A stretch of 64,000 bases of DNA from Styela clava (taxonomy: Eukaryota): positions 1,550,001 to 1,614,000 of the forward strand of contig NC_135261.1 of assembly GCF_964204865.1 (NCBI RefSeq). The letters are read 5' to 3'. The position numbers were made by a program, and so were the translations under genes. How positions within the stretch are numbered: position 1 is the first letter of the stretch; each line of letters opens with the position of its first letter. The notes beneath the pieces are model-generated. The model saw only the letters and a list, made by a program, of their open reading frames with translations. It did no database searches and was not told where the DNA came from. Shown one piece after another: positions 63,386 through 64,000 of the stretch.

Positions 63386-64000
63386 ATTTAAACCAAGATA
63401 ACTAAAAATCTGGCATGAACAGTATGTTTATTTGTCATGTAAATAAAAAATTGACTACATTTAAAAGTTAGATGAATATACATATCCTGTCTTCAACCAC
63501 AGTATACTGCAATAGCACTCGGCCATTCGTAACACAAGCCACAGTACGGCATAGTTCTACGATTTCGAGAATAGCCCCACATTGAAAGACATCAATTATA
63601 ACAGTTAGAGCATACCATTCCTTTACAAGACGGTTGATTTACAAGACAGTCTTCGATTCCAAGAATAGCCCCACATTGAAATACATCAATTATAACAATA
63701 AGTGCAAACCCCTCTATTTAGGACAGTCTGGGCCTCCATATAGGCAAACCGACACTGCAGAATATAATAAAAGCAAGCGCAATCTAAAAACGTTACCATT
63801 GAATTCCTCAGAAAAAAATAGTTCGATTCACCAAAGGAAAAAGTATATTTCCATAGCATTGAGAAAAAAAAACCAACACGATTAATTTAAATCATTACCG
63901 GTACCGTATCCGGACAAACATCAGAACATAATGTGATATGGAGTTAAAGTCTAACTAGGCAATTCAAAATATTAAAAAAAACCTTGACATCGCAGTTTCA

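Larger units (their letters stand above)
60085..64000 (+). repeat. Segmental duplication, copy 2 (runs off the window end)
   Basis: Matches 42008-45523 with scattered substitutions and two larger indels. Confidence 0.92.

Overview
AT-rich animal genomic DNA with spliceosomal GT-AG introns. A marine invertebrate, plausibly a tunicate, is my inference and is not proven. Host genes, in order: a 7-exon ketohexokinase on the minus strand (KHK; the ORF track shows only its exon 2), intronless USE1 and RNF121, 12-exon SMU1, 4-exon LYPLAL1 (minus), a C2H2 zinc-finger exon (minus), and a tandem pair of intronless ARH3/ADPRS-like ADP-ribosylhydrolases. The ARH3 pair is repeated about 18 kb further on as one intact copy and one pseudogene. 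Two mobile elements stand out. (1) A 9.0-kb foldback-type DNA transposon (45739-54734) has a 9-bp TSD and 2.5-3 kb inverted arms built from ~176-bp repeats, most carrying a kappaB-like GGGAAATTCC. It encloses a decayed, spliced Ulp1/C48 protease-PHD finger gene and no recognisable transposase. (2) A very young Ty1/copia element in SMU1 intron 10 has identical LTRs and an apparent in-frame deletion of most of Gag and the protease active site; an identical solo LTR lies 27 kb away. The remainder is dense with MITEs (8-bp-TSD GG..CC elements with TTAGGG cores, hAT-type elements), DINE-1/Helentron-like elements, a tRNA-derived SINE, LINE 3' ends and a THAP transposase relic. All calls come from manual reading and translation; no database searches were run.
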